The notes under the pieces: generated by a model
The model's input: only the letters and a program-made list of their open reading frames with translations
What the model was told of the DNA's origin: nothing
Databases searched by the model: none
Origin: Candidatus Omnitrophota bacterium
Lineage (GTDB): Bacteria; Omnitrophota; Gorgyraeia; 2-01-FULL-45-10
Direction: 5' to 3'
Assembly: GCA_028699255.1 (NCBI GenBank)
Contig: JAQVUX010000001.1
Coordinates: 228,733-292,732, forward strand
Length of the DNA: 64,000 nt
In this document: in pieces, positions 18,700 through 29,328 of the stretch
Layout: every line of letters begins with the position of its first letter
Position numbering within the stretch: position 1 is the first letter of the stretch
Program-made: the position numbers and the translations under genes

Positions 18700-20049
18700 T
18701 TATGATACCCTTGCCTTCAAACGCCCCTTCTTCATAAACCCTTCGTAATGACGCATTAAAAGGTGCGACTCTATCTGCTTCATCGTATCGAGCATGACTC
18801 CTACGATGATAAGAAGACCCGTACCGCCGAAGAAACTGGCCACAAGATACGGTATCTTGAGCCATCCCGATATTATACTCGGAAATACTGCGATCAACGC
18901 TAAGAATATCGCTCCCGGGAACGTGATACGCGTCATTATAAAATCTAGATATTCTGCGGTCTGCCGCCCTGGCCTTATTCCGGGAACAAAACCGCCGTAT
19001 TTTTTCATATTGTCCGATATATCTATCGGATTGAATGTTATCGCCGTGTAAAAATAAGCGAAGAACATTATCAAAAGAGCATATATCGAATTGTAAAGCC
19101 ATTCTCCTCTTGTCAGCGCCTGCGCAAAACTCTGAAATCCCTGGTGTGGTATAAAACCTGCTATTGTCGCAGGGAACAAAATTATACTCTGCGCAAATAT
19201 GATAGGGATAACACCTGCCTGGTTTACCCGAAGAGGCAGGAATGTTGATTGCCCTCCGTAAACTTTTCTGCCCACAACTCGCTTTGCATACTGGACAGGT
19301 ATCTTCCGCTGTCCCTGAGTCACGACTATAACCGCTACTACGACCGCCACGAGCATCACAATCATCAGGATAAGCGTAAATGGATCGAGCTGTGCCTTCT
19401 CAGGAGCGAACGGCGAAAACAAGGCCCACAACTGGTATAGCGCCGTAGGTATTCTGGAAATGATACCGGCTGTGATGATGAGCGACATACCGTTACCAAT
19501 GCCGTACTCCTGTATCTGCTCGCCCAGCCACATGATGAATGCAGTACCGCTGGTAAGAGTGATAACTGTCAATATCTGGAAGCCCCATCCCGGTATCGGA
19601 ACTACACCAGGTATCTGCGTGCGGGACAGGTTCTCGATCCAAAGAGCTATGAAATACGACTGTATTACCGATAGTACGATAGTACCGTATCTGGTATACT
19701 GCACTATCTTCTTGTGCCCGGCCTCGCCTTCCTTTGCCAGCTTCTCAAGGGCAGGAATTACCGCCGTGAGCAGTTGTATAATAATGGAGGCTGATATATA
19801 CGGCATGATCCCGAGGGCAAATATCGTCATTCGCGATATAGCGCCGCCGGAGAACATATTCATTATGCCAAAGAGTGCGCCGCCCGATTGCTGGGCCAGG
19901 TGCGCAAAATACGCCGCGAGTTTACCGCCGTCGATGCCAGGAGTAGGTATATATGTGCCTATCCTGTAAACAGCTATCAGGGCGAGAGTGAAGAATATCT
20001 TCTTCCTCAGGTCCGGTATCTTTACGATATTCGCAAATGCCTGCAACAT
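18700..20049 (-). CDS. secY: Preprotein translocase subunit SecY
   Basis: 449 aa, 10 transmembrane segments. Positioned between rplO and adk. Confidence 0.95.
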   Translation of the reverse strand: MLQAFANIVKIPDLRKKIFFTLALIAVYRIGTYIPTPGIDGGKLAAYFAHLAQQSGGALFGIMNMFSGGAISRMTIFALGIMPYISASIIIQLLTAVIPALEKLAKEGEAGHKKIVQYTRYGTIVLSVIQSYFIALWIENLSRTQIPGVVPIPGWGFQILTVITLTSGTAFIMWLGEQIQEYGIGNGMSLIITAGIISRIPTALYQLWALFSPFAPEKAQLDPFTLILMIVMLVAVVVAVIVVTQGQRKIPVQYAKRVVGRKVYGGQSTFLPLRVNQAGVIPIIFAQSIILFPATIAGFIPHQGFQSFAQALTRGEWLYNSIYALLIMFFAYFYTAITFNPIDISDNMKKYGGFVPGIRPGRQTAEYLDFIMTRITFPGAIFLALIAVFPSIISGWLKIPYLVASFFGGTGLLIIVGVMLDTMKQIESHLLMRHYEGFMKKGRLKARVS

Positions 20050-20061
20050 ATTTTATAGCCG

Positions 20062-20505
20062 TTATTTTATATATTCAAGCTTTGAGCCGGACGCCTCAAG
20101 AGCCTTTACCGCGCTCTTCGAAAACTTATGCGCCTTAACGGTAAGCGCCTTCATGGCCTTCCCCGTGCCAAGTATCTTGATCTGTTCATTCAGACTGCCT
20201 ATAAGGCCAGCCTTTTTAAACTCTACGGGCCCCACGATGGCTTTATCGGCAAACCTGTTGAGCGATTCTATATTTATAACCTGGTATCCATTTTTAAATA
20301 GCGCGTTAAAACCGCGTTTCGGTATGCGCCTTATCAGGGGCATCTGCCCACCTTCGAATCCCGGCCTCGTCGTCCTGCCGGAACGTTTCAGTGCGCCCTT
20401 CCTGCCGCGGCAGGCATTCTTACCATGGCCCGAACCACAACCACGACCGCGCCGTTTCATCTTCCTGTTCGCGCCTTTCGGCATCGTTATATCGGATATC
20501 TTCAC
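20062..20505 (-). CDS. rplO: 50S ribosomal protein L15
   Basis: KRRGRGCGSGHGKNACRG... Confidence 0.9.
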   Translation of the reverse strand: MKISDITMPKGANRKMKRRGRGCGSGHGKNACRGRKGALKRSGRTTRPGFEGGQMPLIRRIPKRGFNALFKNGYQVINIESLNRFADKAIVGPVEFKKAGLIGSLNEQIKILGTGKAMKALTVKAHKFSKSAVKALEASGSKLEYIK

Positions 20506-20509
20506 TGAA

Positions 20510-21184
20510 TTATTCCTCGCCTTTATATATCTTCCGTTCCAAACGTAGCTGTTTTAATCCTTCGATAGCCGCCTTGAGCACATTCATGGCGGAATCAGAT
20601 CCAAGGCTTTTCGTGAGAATGTCTTTTATGCCCCCCGCTTCACAAATCGCCCTAACCGCGCCGCCGGCAATTACCCCAGTACCTTCAACTGCGGGTTTCA
20701 GAAGAACTCTCGCCGCCTTATAGTGGCCTATAATTTCGTGAGGTATTGAAGTGCCTTTGAGTGGTATTCTGAAAAAATTCTTCTTCGCGTCGTTCAGCCC
20801 TTTCCTGATCGCATCCGCGACTTCATTGCCCTTACCGAAACCGAGGCCTACATTACCCTTACCGTCACCCGCCACTACAAGCGCGTTGAAGGAAAATCTC
20901 CGGCCGCCCTTCACTACCTTGGCAACCCTTTTTATGGTAACAACTTTCTCTATTAAACCGTCCTCGTCCTTGGAACGCCCCTGCTGACCACGCCCCTGTC
21001 CGCGCCCTTGCGGCCGTCCGCCGCGTCCCTGCCCCCCCGGCCTTCTGGATCGCGTCTGAACAGCCCCTGGAGCCGTTGGTGCTACCGCGGCTACCGGTTG
21101 TCCGCTCTTCGCATCCGCTGTCGGCAATGATGCAGGTGGAGGTGTCACATTTTTTTCTTTATTGTCGTTCGTAGGGTTTTGCAA
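20510..21184 (-). CDS. rpsE: 30S ribosomal protein S5 with about 60-aa Gly/Arg/Gln-rich N-terminal extension
   Basis: [29 protein letters not shown] core. No rpmD (L30) lies between S5 and L15, since the gap is 4 nt. Confidence 0.9.
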   Translation of the reverse strand: MQNPTNDNKEKNVTPPPASLPTADAKSGQPVAAVAPTAPGAVQTRSRRPGGQGRGGRPQGRGQGRGQQGRSKDEDGLIEKVVTIKRVAKVVKGGRRFSFNALVVAGDGKGNVGLGFGKGNEVADAIRKGLNDAKKNFFRIPLKGTSIPHEIIGHYKAARVLLKPAVEGTGVIAGGAVRAICEAGGIKDILTKSLGSDSAMNVLKAAIEGLKQLRLERKIYKGEE

Positions 21185-21211
21185 TTTCGTGAACTCCTAT
21201 TTATTTTGCGA

Positions 21212-21583
21212 TTAAAATTTCAATCCGCCTTTACGTAAGCTCTCAGCAAGAGCTTTAACTTTACCGTGATAGGCATAACCGGACCTGTCAAACACGATCT
21301 TTTCTATGCCTTTAGTCTTGCACACTCCCGCGAGTGCCTCACCGAGAAGTATAGTACCTTTAAGATTGCCCGCATCTTTCTTTATCTTATCCTTGAGTAT
21401 CGGCGAATTGGTCGCAAGTGACGCGAGTGTATGACCATTCATATCGTCAATCAGCTGGACGTACATATTCCCCAAGCTCCTGTATACGCTAAGCCGCGGC
21501 TTATCTTTCGTTCCGGAAATCTTTTTCCGGATTATCTTGTGCCTCTTTTCCCGACCTTCGAGTTTTATCCATTTTTTTATCAT
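21212..21583 (-). CDS. rplR: 50S ribosomal protein L18
   Basis: Identified by operon position and LSVYRSLGNMYVQLIDD. Confidence 0.9.
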   Translation of the reverse strand: MIKKWIKLEGREKRHKIIRKKISGTKDKPRLSVYRSLGNMYVQLIDDMNGHTLASLATNSPILKDKIKKDAGNLKGTILLGEALAGVCKTKGIEKIVFDRSGYAYHGKVKALAESLRKGGLKF

Positions 21584-21586
21584 ATT

Positions 21587-22144
21587 TTACGCTCCGCCCG
21601 CGCCGGCACCGGCAACCGCTTTACCGGCTTTCCGCCTGACGTGTTCTCCGACATATTTTATACCTTTGCCCTTATAGGGTTCCGGCCTGTAGAAATCCCT
21701 TATCTCCGCCGCCGCTTCCCCGACCTTCGCCTTATCGATACCTTTCACGGTAATGAGATTCGGCTTCGGTGTCTCGATTGTGATGCCTTCGGGTATGTTG
21801 TAATTTATCGGATGCGAATAACTGAGCTGGATGTTCAGGATTTTGCCCTGGACAGCCGCTTTGAAACCAACACCCGTTATCTCGAGATCCTTCTTGTATC
21901 CATTAACAACACCTAAGATCATATTATTGACGAGACTGCGAATAAGTCCATGCGTCGCCTTATTCTGCTTTGAATCCGAAGGTCTTGTTACGACAACGGT
22001 ATTGTCCTTAACCTCAACCTTGAATGCCGGATTAAAAACATAACTGAGTTTCCCTTTCGGCCCTTCAATATTTATCGTGTTGGCGCTTACAACGACCTTA
22101 ACGCCTCCAAGTATAGCAACCGGCTTTTTACCAATACGTGACAT
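21587..22144 (-). CDS. rplF: 50S ribosomal protein L6
   Basis: MSRIGKKPV... Confidence 0.9.
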   Translation of the reverse strand: MSRIGKKPVAILGGVKVVVSANTINIEGPKGKLSYVFNPAFKVEVKDNTVVVTRPSDSKQNKATHGLIRSLVNNMILGVVNGYKKDLEITGVGFKAAVQGKILNIQLSYSHPINYNIPEGITIETPKPNLITVKGIDKAKVGEAAAEIRDFYRPEPYKGKGIKYVGEHVRRKAGKAVAGAGAGGA

Positions 22145-22162
22145 ATTATTCTCCGCTTCCGC

Positions 22163-22561
22163 TTACCAAGTGTAGCAGATAACTTCGCCGCCCAATTTAC
22201 TCTCGCGCGCTTCATTATCCGTCATCAGGCCTTTTGAGGTAGATATTATAGCGACGCCCAACCCGCCATATACCTTCGGCAATTCATCAGCTTGTTTATA
22301 TATCCGCAACCCCGGCTTAGATATGCGCTTTATGCCGATCATCGCCGGAGATCCTTCTTTGCCATATTTCAAATATACCCGCAGGATACCCTGTTTTGTA
22401 TCCTTTATGAGCTTATAATTGTCAATAAAATGCTCTTTCTTCAGTATCTTTAGTATCTCTTCGAGAAGCCCGGAACCTTTGATCTCGGCTGTCTCTTTTT
22501 TTGCAAAGCTCGCGTTCCTCAGTATCGTTAACGCGTCGGCTATCGGATCTGTAACTGACAT
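22163..22561 (-). CDS. rpsH: 30S ribosomal protein S8
   Basis: MSVTDPIADALTILRNA. Confidence 0.9.
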   Translation of the reverse strand: MSVTDPIADALTILRNASFAKKETAEIKGSGLLEEILKILKKEHFIDNYKLIKDTKQGILRVYLKYGKEGSPAMIGIKRISKPGLRIYKQADELPKVYGGLGVAIISTSKGLMTDNEARESKLGGEVICYTW

Positions 22562-22608
22562 TTTTACCCTCTTTTTAGTTTTCCTGTAACGACCAACTAT
22601 GAATTAAC

Positions 22609-22794
22609 CTACCAGCTGGCTTTCACAACGCCGGGGATCTCGCCTCTTAACGCAAGTTCCCTGAAACATATTCTGCAAAGCTGGAACCTCCGCAGGAAAC
22701 CCCGCGGACGACCGCATAGTTTGCAACGGTTGTATTTCCGTACTTTAAATTTCGGCTTTCGCGACGCTTTTACTATTAACGATGTCTTCGCCAT
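22609..22794 (-). CDS. rpsN: 30S ribosomal protein S14 type Z (zinc-binding, 61 aa)
   Basis: [20 protein letters not shown]. Confidence 0.9.
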   Translation of the reverse strand: MAKTSLIVKASRKPKFKVRKYNRCKLCGRPRGFLRRFQLCRICFRELALRGEIPGVVKASW

Positions 22795-22813
22795 TATCTC
22801 TTTCTTTCGCTTG

Positions 22814-23362
22814 TTATTTCTTCGTGAACGGCATACCGATAAGACGCAGTAACTCGAACGCCTCTTTAGCGGTTTTTGCCGTGGTACATATAATAATGTC
22901 CATACCGTGAACTTTTGTCACTTTATCTACATCGACCTCAGGGAATATCAACTGTTCGTTCAACCCGAAAGCGTAATTGCCGCCCCTGTCAAACGAATCG
23001 GTTGAAAGCCCGCGGAAGTCCCTTATCCTCGGTATCGCAACCGAGATCATCCTGTCTAAAAATTCATACATTCTGGAGCGCCTCAGCGTTACCTTACAAC
23101 CTACTGCGGAGCCTTTACGTATCTTAAAACTGGCTATAGCCTTCTTGGCTCTTGTAGTAACAGGCCTCTGTCCCGTGATCATAGCTATCTCGTCCTGCGC
23201 CGCTTCCAGGAGCTTAACATCCTGTACTGCTTCGCCGAGCCCGATATTTATCACTATCTTGGACAACTGCGGAACTTCCATCATGTTCTTATACCCGAAA
23301 AGCTTCATCATTTCGGGCGCAATCTCTTTTTTGTACTTCTCCTGCAATCTTGGCGTTGTCAT
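22814..23362 (-). CDS. rplE: 50S ribosomal protein L5
   Basis: 182 aa in the spc-operon position. Confidence 0.9.
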   Translation of the reverse strand: MTTPRLQEKYKKEIAPEMMKLFGYKNMMEVPQLSKIVINIGLGEAVQDVKLLEAAQDEIAMITGQRPVTTRAKKAIASFKIRKGSAVGCKVTLRRSRMYEFLDRMISVAIPRIRDFRGLSTDSFDRGGNYAFGLNEQLIFPEVDVDKVTKVHGMDIIICTTAKTAKEAFELLRLIGMPFTKK

Positions 23363-23365
23363 CTT

Positions 23366-23677
23366 TTAAATAACCTCTTTGCATCTTTTACAGTACCGCG
23401 ACTTCGTACCATCGGCCAGGATATGCACCCCCGTATTGGCCGGTTTATTACACGTCTTGCACATAAGCGCTAAATTGGACAGCTGTATCGGGCTCTCCTT
23501 CTGGACGATCCCGCCCTGCTGATCCTGCTTCGTCTTCCTCATATGCTTCTTGACGTAGTTTATACCTTCGACAAAAGCCTTGCCATCATTGACATTGACG
23601 CGAAAGACCTTACCCGTCTTGCCCTTATCCTTGCCTCTTAACACATAAACCATGTCGTTCTTTTTTATCTTGTTCAC
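23366..23677 (-). CDS. rplX: 50S ribosomal protein L24 with C-terminal C-x2-C...C-x2-C zinc-ribbon-like tail
   Basis: KOW-like N-terminus ([16 protein letters not shown]). Tail reads CKTCNKP...CKRC. Confidence 0.85.
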   Translation of the reverse strand: MNKIKKNDMVYVLRGKDKGKTGKVFRVNVNDGKAFVEGINYVKKHMRKTKQDQQGGIVQKESPIQLSNLALMCKTCNKPANTGVHILADGTKSRYCKRCKEVI

Positions 23678-24042
23678 AATACCTCCGGTGCCAGGGATAT
23701 TATTTTCATGAAATTCTTATCACGCAGTTCTCTGGCTACGGGACCGAATATCCTGGTTCCCCGCGGGTTCATCTGGTCATCGATTATAACAACCGCATTC
23801 CTGTCGAACCTAAGTTTTGTCCCGTCAGGTCTGGCTATCGAGAACGCGGTGCGGACTATGACGCCTTTAACAACCTCGTGATCCTTTACGATACCATCCG
23901 GCGCCGCTTCTTTGATGTTGCAGGTTATGATATCACCTATATCGGCATGCCGCCTGTTCTGTCTGCCCAGCACGCCTATCATGGAAGCGCGCCTGGCTCC
24001 TGTATTATCAGCAACATCTAAAATCGAACGCATTCGTATCAT
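23674..24042 (-). CDS. rplN: 50S ribosomal protein L14
   Basis: [17 protein letters not shown]. Confidence 0.9.
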   Translation of the reverse strand: MIRMRSILDVADNTGARRASMIGVLGRQNRRHADIGDIITCNIKEAAPDGIVKDHEVVKGVIVRTAFSIARPDGTKLRFDRNAVVIIDDQMNPRGTRIFGPVARELRDKNFMKIISLAPEVL

Positions 24043-24057
24043 GTTCTACTCTTCCGT

Positions 24058-24381
24058 TTAAACCTGGTTATTGTTGACTTGACTATCGGCTACCGTTTTT
24101 ATCTCGGCCTCTTTTTCACCCGACGCCTTTTTAACCACCTCTACGAGCCGCCATCTCTTAGTTTTAGAGATCGGCCTCGTCTCCTGTATCCTTACTATAT
24201 CGCCCGTCTTGGCAACATTTTTCTCGTCGTGCGCTTTGAACTTGGTCGACTTCTTTACATTCTTATTATAAACAGGATGGCGCATTACTCTGTCTACCTG
24301 GACTGTTATGGTCTTATCCATCTTATCGCTGACCACAACACCCATCCTCTCCTTACGGTTAGCCCTGGAGTTACTTTGCAT
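24058..24381 (-). CDS. rpsQ: 30S ribosomal protein S17
   Basis: [18 protein letters not shown]... Confidence 0.9.
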   Translation of the reverse strand: MQSNSRANRKERMGVVVSDKMDKTITVQVDRVMRHPVYNKNVKKSTKFKAHDEKNVAKTGDIVRIQETRPISKTKRWRLVEVVKKASGEKEAEIKTVADSQVNNNQV

Positions 24382-24568
24382 TTGCCTTCTCCCTTATAAC
24401 AGTCTCGCACCTTGCGATATCTTTCCTGGTCTCATTTATTTTGTGCGGCTTCTCGATCCTGCCCGCCCTAGCCTCGGTCCGAAGATTAAAAAGCTCCTTC
24501 TTCAGGCCCTCTATCTTGAGCTTTATCTCATTAGCTGTCATATTTCTTAATTCGTTCGTCTTTAACAT
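24371..24568 (-). CDS. rpmC: 50S ribosomal protein L29 (65 aa; ORF-track start is too far upstream)
   Basis: [30 protein letters not shown]. Confidence 0.85.
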   Translation of the reverse strand: MLKTNELRNMTANEIKLKIEGLKKELFNLRTEARAGRIEKPHKINETRKDIARCETVIREKANAK

Positions 24569-24984
24569 TAGTGTGCCGCCCTCGTAATGAACTTCGTCCT
24601 GAACGGTATCTTGTGCGCCGCTATCCTCATGCAATCCCTAGCCACTTCAAACGGCACGCCGTCCATCTCGAATAATATCTTCCCCTTCTTTATTACGGCA
24701 ACCCAGTGATCCGGCATGCCTTTACCTTTACCCATCCTGGTTTCGGCCGGCTTTTTAGTGATCGGCTTATCCGGGAATACCCTTATCCAAACTTTACCGC
24801 CGCCTTTTAAGCTTCTCATTATACCGACACGGGCCGCCTCGATCTGCCTATCCGAAAAGTACGCGTTTTCGAGCGCTTTCAGACCAAATTCACCGAAAGC
24901 TATTTTTGCGCCGCGGTATGAAGTGCCGAACCGTCTTCCGCGTTGCGATTTTCTGAATTTAACCCTCTTTGGCATCAAACCCAT
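24568..24984 (-). CDS. rplP: 50S ribosomal protein L16
   Basis: [17 protein letters not shown]. Confidence 0.9.
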   Translation of the reverse strand: MGLMPKRVKFRKSQRGRRFGTSYRGAKIAFGEFGLKALENAYFSDRQIEAARVGIMRSLKGGGKVWIRVFPDKPITKKPAETRMGKGKGMPDHWVAVIKKGKILFEMDGVPFEVARDCMRIAAHKIPFRTKFITRAAH

Positions 24985-25649
24985 TACTTCTTCTCCTCCA
25001 CAGGTTCCTCTTTAACTTTATCGAGGACCTTGTCGCCTTTATATATCCATGTCTTGACACCGATCAATCCGTATGTAGTCTGCGCTTCTGCAAAACCATA
25101 ATCGACATCCGCCCTCAGAGTTTGCGCAGGTATAGATCCTACACGATAACTCTCCCGTCTGGCTATTTCAGCGCCTCCGAGCCTGCCCGAACATATTATC
25201 TTCACACCCTTGGCGCCATTATCCAGCGCGCTCTGAACAGCCTTTTTCATGGCCCTCTTGTGCGGTATTCGTTTTTCCAACTGGAACGCTATATTTTCCG
25301 CCACAAGCTGTGCGTCGACATTCGCGTTCTTTATATCTTTAATGTCTATGATCACCTCTCTGCCGGTGATAGAATGGAGCTCTTCTTTAAGCTTCTCGAT
25401 CTCGGACCCGCGACGGCCTATGATTATACCGGGACGAGCCGAAAATATCAATACTCTGACCTTATCACTAGAACGCTCAACCTCAATTTTGGAAACCGCG
25501 GCAGTGGCAAGCGCCTTCTTGATAAACTTGCGGATCTTTACATCCTCAAGCAACATCTTTGGGAATTCGTTCTTTTTGGCGAACCAGCGTGATTTCCAAT
25601 CGTAGATATACCCGACTCTGAAGCCGTATGGATGAACTTTTTGCCCCAT
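24984..25649 (-). CDS. rpsC: 30S ribosomal protein S3
   Basis: [13 protein letters not shown]. Contains KH and S3-C domains. Confidence 0.9.
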   Translation of the reverse strand: MGQKVHPYGFRVGYIYDWKSRWFAKKNEFPKMLLEDVKIRKFIKKALATAAVSKIEVERSSDKVRVLIFSARPGIIIGRRGSEIEKLKEELHSITGREVIIDIKDIKNANVDAQLVAENIAFQLEKRIPHKRAMKKAVQSALDNGAKGVKIICSGRLGGAEIARRESYRVGSIPAQTLRADVDYGFAEAQTTYGLIGVKTWIYKGDKVLDKVKEEPVEEKK

Positions 25650-25650
25650 A

Positions 25651-26118
25651 TTATTCCTTACCCTTTACCTTTTTACTTTTTGGATGTACTTTTTCGATTT
25701 TGCTTTTTGCTTTATTTTCTACCGTGCCATGCGAGTGTTTTACTTCCGCCTTATGCGCATGAGCAGTTTCCGCGTTATCGGCCTTAGGCATAAGGTCGAG
25801 CTCGACGGTAATGTGACTTGTGCGCTTCTTTATCATACCGGCCCTGCCCATCGAAGCCGCTCTAAAACGCTTGAGCATCGGCCCACCGTTGGCAATAAGG
25901 TTGGATATGTAAAGCTGTGAAACATCGACACCCTGCTTCCGCTTTGCGTTGCTGATAGCGGAATTTATAAGATCGATGGCATATTTCGACGCACCTTTTT
26001 TGACACCTGTCAATATCGCGATGGCGTCTTCCGCCCTTTTACCTTTGACAAGAGGTATTATAAGCCGGAACTTCCTCGGCGTTATTCTTATATATCTTAA
26101 GACTGCTCTCGTAACCAT
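25651..26118 (-). CDS. rplV: 50S ribosomal protein L22 with basic C-terminal extension
   Basis: [11 protein letters not shown] core. Start placed at MVTRAV to avoid a 35-nt overlap with rpsS. Confidence 0.85.
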   Translation of the reverse strand: MVTRAVLRYIRITPRKFRLIIPLVKGKRAEDAIAILTGVKKGASKYAIDLINSAISNAKRKQGVDVSQLYISNLIANGGPMLKRFRAASMGRAGMIKKRTSHITVELDLMPKADNAETAHAHKAEVKHSHGTVENKAKSKIEKVHPKSKKVKGKE

Positions 26119-26137
26119 CTCTTCCCCTCTATCTATT

Positions 26138-26422
26138 CTACGTTTTGTCCATTGATATTTCGGTGGCCGCACCGTGTTTCTTAAATGTCCTGGTGGGCGA
26201 GAACTCGCCGACCTTGTGGCCTACCATATTTTCCGTAACATATACCGGCAGGAACTTTCTTCCGTTGTAGACGGAGAGCGTGAGCCCGACAAATTCCGGA
26301 GTGATCGTAGATCTACGCGCCCATGTCTTTATCGGTTTTTTATCGCCCGCTTTTACGGCCTTCTGCACCTTCATAAGGAGCTTCTCGTCGATAAACGGCC
26401 CCTTTTTAGTTGACCTCGACAT
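26138..26422 (-). CDS. rpsS: 30S ribosomal protein S19
   Basis: [15 protein letters not shown]. Confidence 0.9.
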   Translation of the reverse strand: MSRSTKKGPFIDEKLLMKVQKAVKAGDKKPIKTWARRSTITPEFVGLTLSVYNGRKFLPVYVTENMVGHKVGEFSPTRTFKKHGAATEISMDKT

Positions 26423-26425
26423 CCG

Positions 26426-27244
26426 TTATTTTCTCCTCTTGAGTATGTATTTATCCGAATGCTTCGCTTTGCGCGTCTTTAATCCCTTTGCGTACTGCCC
26501 CCACGGTGATCGTGGCAATCCGCCGGACGCTTTACCTTCGCCGCCACCCATCGGGTGGTCGTGCGGGTTCTTCGCGACACCTCGGGAGTATGGCCTCAAA
26601 CCCATCCATCTCGACCGGCCCGCCTTACCTATAGATATGGTTTCATGCTCGATATTTCCGACCTGCCCTATCGTAGCCATACACGCAAGATCGATCATGC
26701 GTATTTCACCACTGGGTAGCTTTATCTGGGCGTAACCGCCTTCTTTCGCCATGATAAGGCACGAGTTGCCGGCAGACCTGCATATCGTAGCTCCGGCACC
26801 CTTCTTCATTTCGACATTGTGTATCGGTATACCGGCCGGTATATTTAAAAGTGTGGTAGTATTGCCGGTCTTTATTTCGGCGGTTGCGCTCGAAATAACC
26901 GTATCATTCACACTTAAGCCTATCGGCGCGATTATATATCTCTTCTCACCGTCGGTATATTCCACAAGGGCCAATCTCGCCGAGCGGTTCGGGTCGTACT
27001 CTATTCCTATGACCTTACCCGGAACATCGAGCTTGTTGCGCTTAAAATCTATAATCCTTAACATCCTTTTATGGCCGCCTCCGCGATGGCGCGACGTTAT
27101 GCGCCCGCGATTATTCCTGCCGCCGGATTTTTTCAACGCCATAAGGAGATTCTTCTCCGGGGTCGACTTCGTCAACTCCTCGAAGTCCGATATCGCGGCG
27201 TGCCTTAAACCCGGTGATGTTGGCCTGAATTTTTTTATTCCCAT
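26426..27244 (-). CDS. rplB: 50S ribosomal protein L2
   Basis: [14 protein letters not shown]...GGGEGKA. Confidence 0.95.
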   Translation of the reverse strand: MGIKKFRPTSPGLRHAAISDFEELTKSTPEKNLLMALKKSGGRNNRGRITSRHRGGGHKRMLRIIDFKRNKLDVPGKVIGIEYDPNRSARLALVEYTDGEKRYIIAPIGLSVNDTVISSATAEIKTGNTTTLLNIPAGIPIHNVEMKKGAGATICRSAGNSCLIMAKEGGYAQIKLPSGEIRMIDLACMATIGQVGNIEHETISIGKAGRSRWMGLRPYSRGVAKNPHDHPMGGGEGKASGGLPRSPWGQYAKGLKTRKAKHSDKYILKRRK

Positions 27245-27256
27245 TTCATCCTCTTC

Positions 27257-27535
27257 TTAAGTTACGTCTATTTTGTTGCCGTCTTTAAGAGTAACTATCG
27301 CTTTTTTCCAATCCGGCGTCTTGCCTATCGTATAACGAACACGTTTTGATTTGCCTCGCATCATAACGGTGTTAACGCCGTCCACTTTTACTTTATATAT
27401 GTCCGCTATAGCCTTTTTTATCTCTATTTTATTGGAATGTTTATCGACCCAGAAAAGATATTTATTTAGAGGCATAAGATTGGCCCCTTTTTCCGTCCTG
27501 ATCATTCCTTTTACTATATCGTGAGGGTCTTTCAT
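27257..27535 (-). CDS. rplW: 50S ribosomal protein L23
   Basis: 92 aa in the S10-operon position. Confidence 0.9.
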   Translation of the reverse strand: MKDPHDIVKGMIRTEKGANLMPLNKYLFWVDKHSNKIEIKKAIADIYKVKVDGVNTVMMRGKSKRVRYTIGKTPDWKKAIVTLKDGNKIDVT

Positions 27536-27536
27536 C

Positions 27537-28265
27537 TTAGACCTTAAGCCTTTCCGGTAATTTTTGCAAAGCCGCCTTCGATATCACCATATTGTCACAC
27601 TTAAGAACGTCGATCGTATTAAAATCCCTGTAGTTCTTTACGGAGACTTCCTGCAGGTTCCCGGAAGCCGTTCTTACCTTACTATCAATGTTGTCGAGGA
27701 CAAAGAGGCTTTTGCCTTTCAATTTAAGAGCACCCAGAATGGCTTTGAACTTTTTCGTCTTAGCCTCGGTTATGTCCACAGAGCTTATACCCATAACCTT
27801 CTCGTCATTCAGTTTTGAATTGATGCTTGAAAGAAAAGCCAGCCTTTTAACCTTCTTGGGAAGTTCGCGGTGAAAATCCCGGGTATGAGGCCCAAATATC
27901 GTACCACCATGCCGCCATAACGGCGAACGCGTAGAACCTGCCCTCGCCCGGCCTGTACCCTTCTGCCGGAACGGCTTCTTGCCGCCGCCGGATACGTCAC
28001 CGCGCGTCTTAGTGGAGGCATTACCCTGGCGCTGGTTCGCGTTATACATGATCACGGCTTGATAGAGCACCTCTTTATTGACCCTGCCGTCAAAAACTTC
28101 TTTATCGAGACTCAGGCGTTCGATCTCTTTACCATTCTGATCATACATAGGTATCGAAAAACCATCAGCCGCATTTTTCTTGGGCTTTTCAGTCTTCGCC
28201 TTTTCAATCGTTGCCTTTATCTGCCTGGCTTTCGCTTTTCTTGGATTTTCTTTGTTCGTTTTCAT
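27537..28265 (-). CDS. rplD: 50S ribosomal protein L4 with about 35-aa Lys-rich N-terminal extension
   Basis: GGGKKPFRQKGTGRARAGS. Confidence 0.9.
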   Translation of the reverse strand: MKTNKENPRKAKARQIKATIEKAKTEKPKKNAADGFSIPMYDQNGKEIERLSLDKEVFDGRVNKEVLYQAVIMYNANQRQGNASTKTRGDVSGGGKKPFRQKGTGRARAGSTRSPLWRHGGTIFGPHTRDFHRELPKKVKRLAFLSSINSKLNDEKVMGISSVDITEAKTKKFKAILGALKLKGKSLFVLDNIDSKVRTASGNLQEVSVKNYRDFNTIDVLKCDNMVISKAALQKLPERLKV

Positions 28266-28284
28266 ATTTCCCTTAAAGTTCGCC

Positions 28285-28989
28285 TTATTTCTTCATCGCA
28301 GTCTTGACGCTTTTCTTCGTCGAGGCCTGCACGGCTTTACGTTTTACGAAACCTTTTGGACGTTTCCTGGCTTCCTTAACAATAAGGAAACTATTCTTGT
28401 GTCCCGGAACGCTTCCTCTGACCAATATCAGATTGTTTGCCTTATCGACATCTATTACTTCCAGGTTCTGAATGGTAATCCTGTCTACTCCCATATGGCC
28501 TGGAAGATGATGTCCTTTTGTTACTCGCCCTAAACGCGCGCCGGATTGGATAGAGCCAACTGCACGATGAAACATAGAACCGTGACCGTCATCTCCACCT
28601 GCCCAACCCCACCGCTTGACACCGCCCTGAAATCCTTTTCCTATCGAGGTACCGGTTACATCCACATAATCGCCTTTGGCGAAAAGATCTGCTTCGATCT
28701 TCTGTCCGGGCTTATAAATGGTCGCGTCGACTACTCTCAACTCTTTCACGAACCTTGCAGGAGTAACGCCCGCTTTTTTAAAAGTACCCTTTTCAGGACT
28801 ATTCACGAGCTTATCGCGTCGTGTACCAAAACCTATCTGTATAGCACTGTATCCATCGGTCTCTTTAGTCTTAACCTGTACCACATGGCACGGGCCAGCC
28901 TCTATGAGCGTTACCGGCACTATCTTCCCGGCCTCATTATATATGTTCGTCATTCCCAGCTTTTTACCCAATATTCCTAGCATATCCAT
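28285..28989 (-). CDS. rplC: 50S ribosomal protein L3 (C-terminal extension)
   Basis: MLGILGKKLGMTNIY. Confidence 0.9.
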   Translation of the reverse strand: MDMLGILGKKLGMTNIYNEAGKIVPVTLIEAGPCHVVQVKTKETDGYSAIQIGFGTRRDKLVNSPEKGTFKKAGVTPARFVKELRVVDATIYKPGQKIEADLFAKGDYVDVTGTSIGKGFQGGVKRWGWAGGDDGHGSMFHRAVGSIQSGARLGRVTKGHHLPGHMGVDRITIQNLEVIDVDKANNLILVRGSVPGHKNSFLIVKEARKRPKGFVKRKAVQASTKKSVKTAMKK

Positions 28990-29013
28990 CTCTCGTTTGT
29001 GCGTTTTTTACGC

Positions 29014-29328
29014 TTATTTGATCTCAACATAAACACCGGCGGGCAGATCCAGCTTCTTGAGCGCATCGATCGTCTTCGACGTCGGTCCAACTATATCCAA
29101 AATGCGCTTATGCGTCTTTATCTGGAACTGTTCGCGCGACTTCTTATCGACGTGCGGCGATCTCAATACCGTAAAGATCTCGCGCTTTGTCGGAAGAGGT
29201 ACGGGGCCGGCAATACTGGCTCCCGTGCGTTTTGCCGTTTCGACTATCTCCTGGGCCGAAAGGTCCAGAAGCCTGTGGTCGTAGGCGATCAATTTAATCC
29301 GTATTTTTTGAGGTGCTTGCTGTGCCAT
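29014..29328 (-). CDS. rpsJ: 30S ribosomal protein S10
   Basis: [15 protein letters not shown]. Confidence 0.9.
   Translation of the reverse strand: MAQQAPQKIRIKLIAYDHRLLDLSAQEIVETAKRTGASIAGPVPLPTKREIFTVLRSPHVDKKSREQFQIKTHKRILDIVGPTSKTIDALKKLDLPAGVYVEIK

Noticed and set aside
20505-20510. Missing rpmD (L30) between rpsE and rplO
   Set aside because: The gap is only 4 nt, so the gene is genuinely absent here. Its absence is reported as a lineage trait, not as a missed feature.
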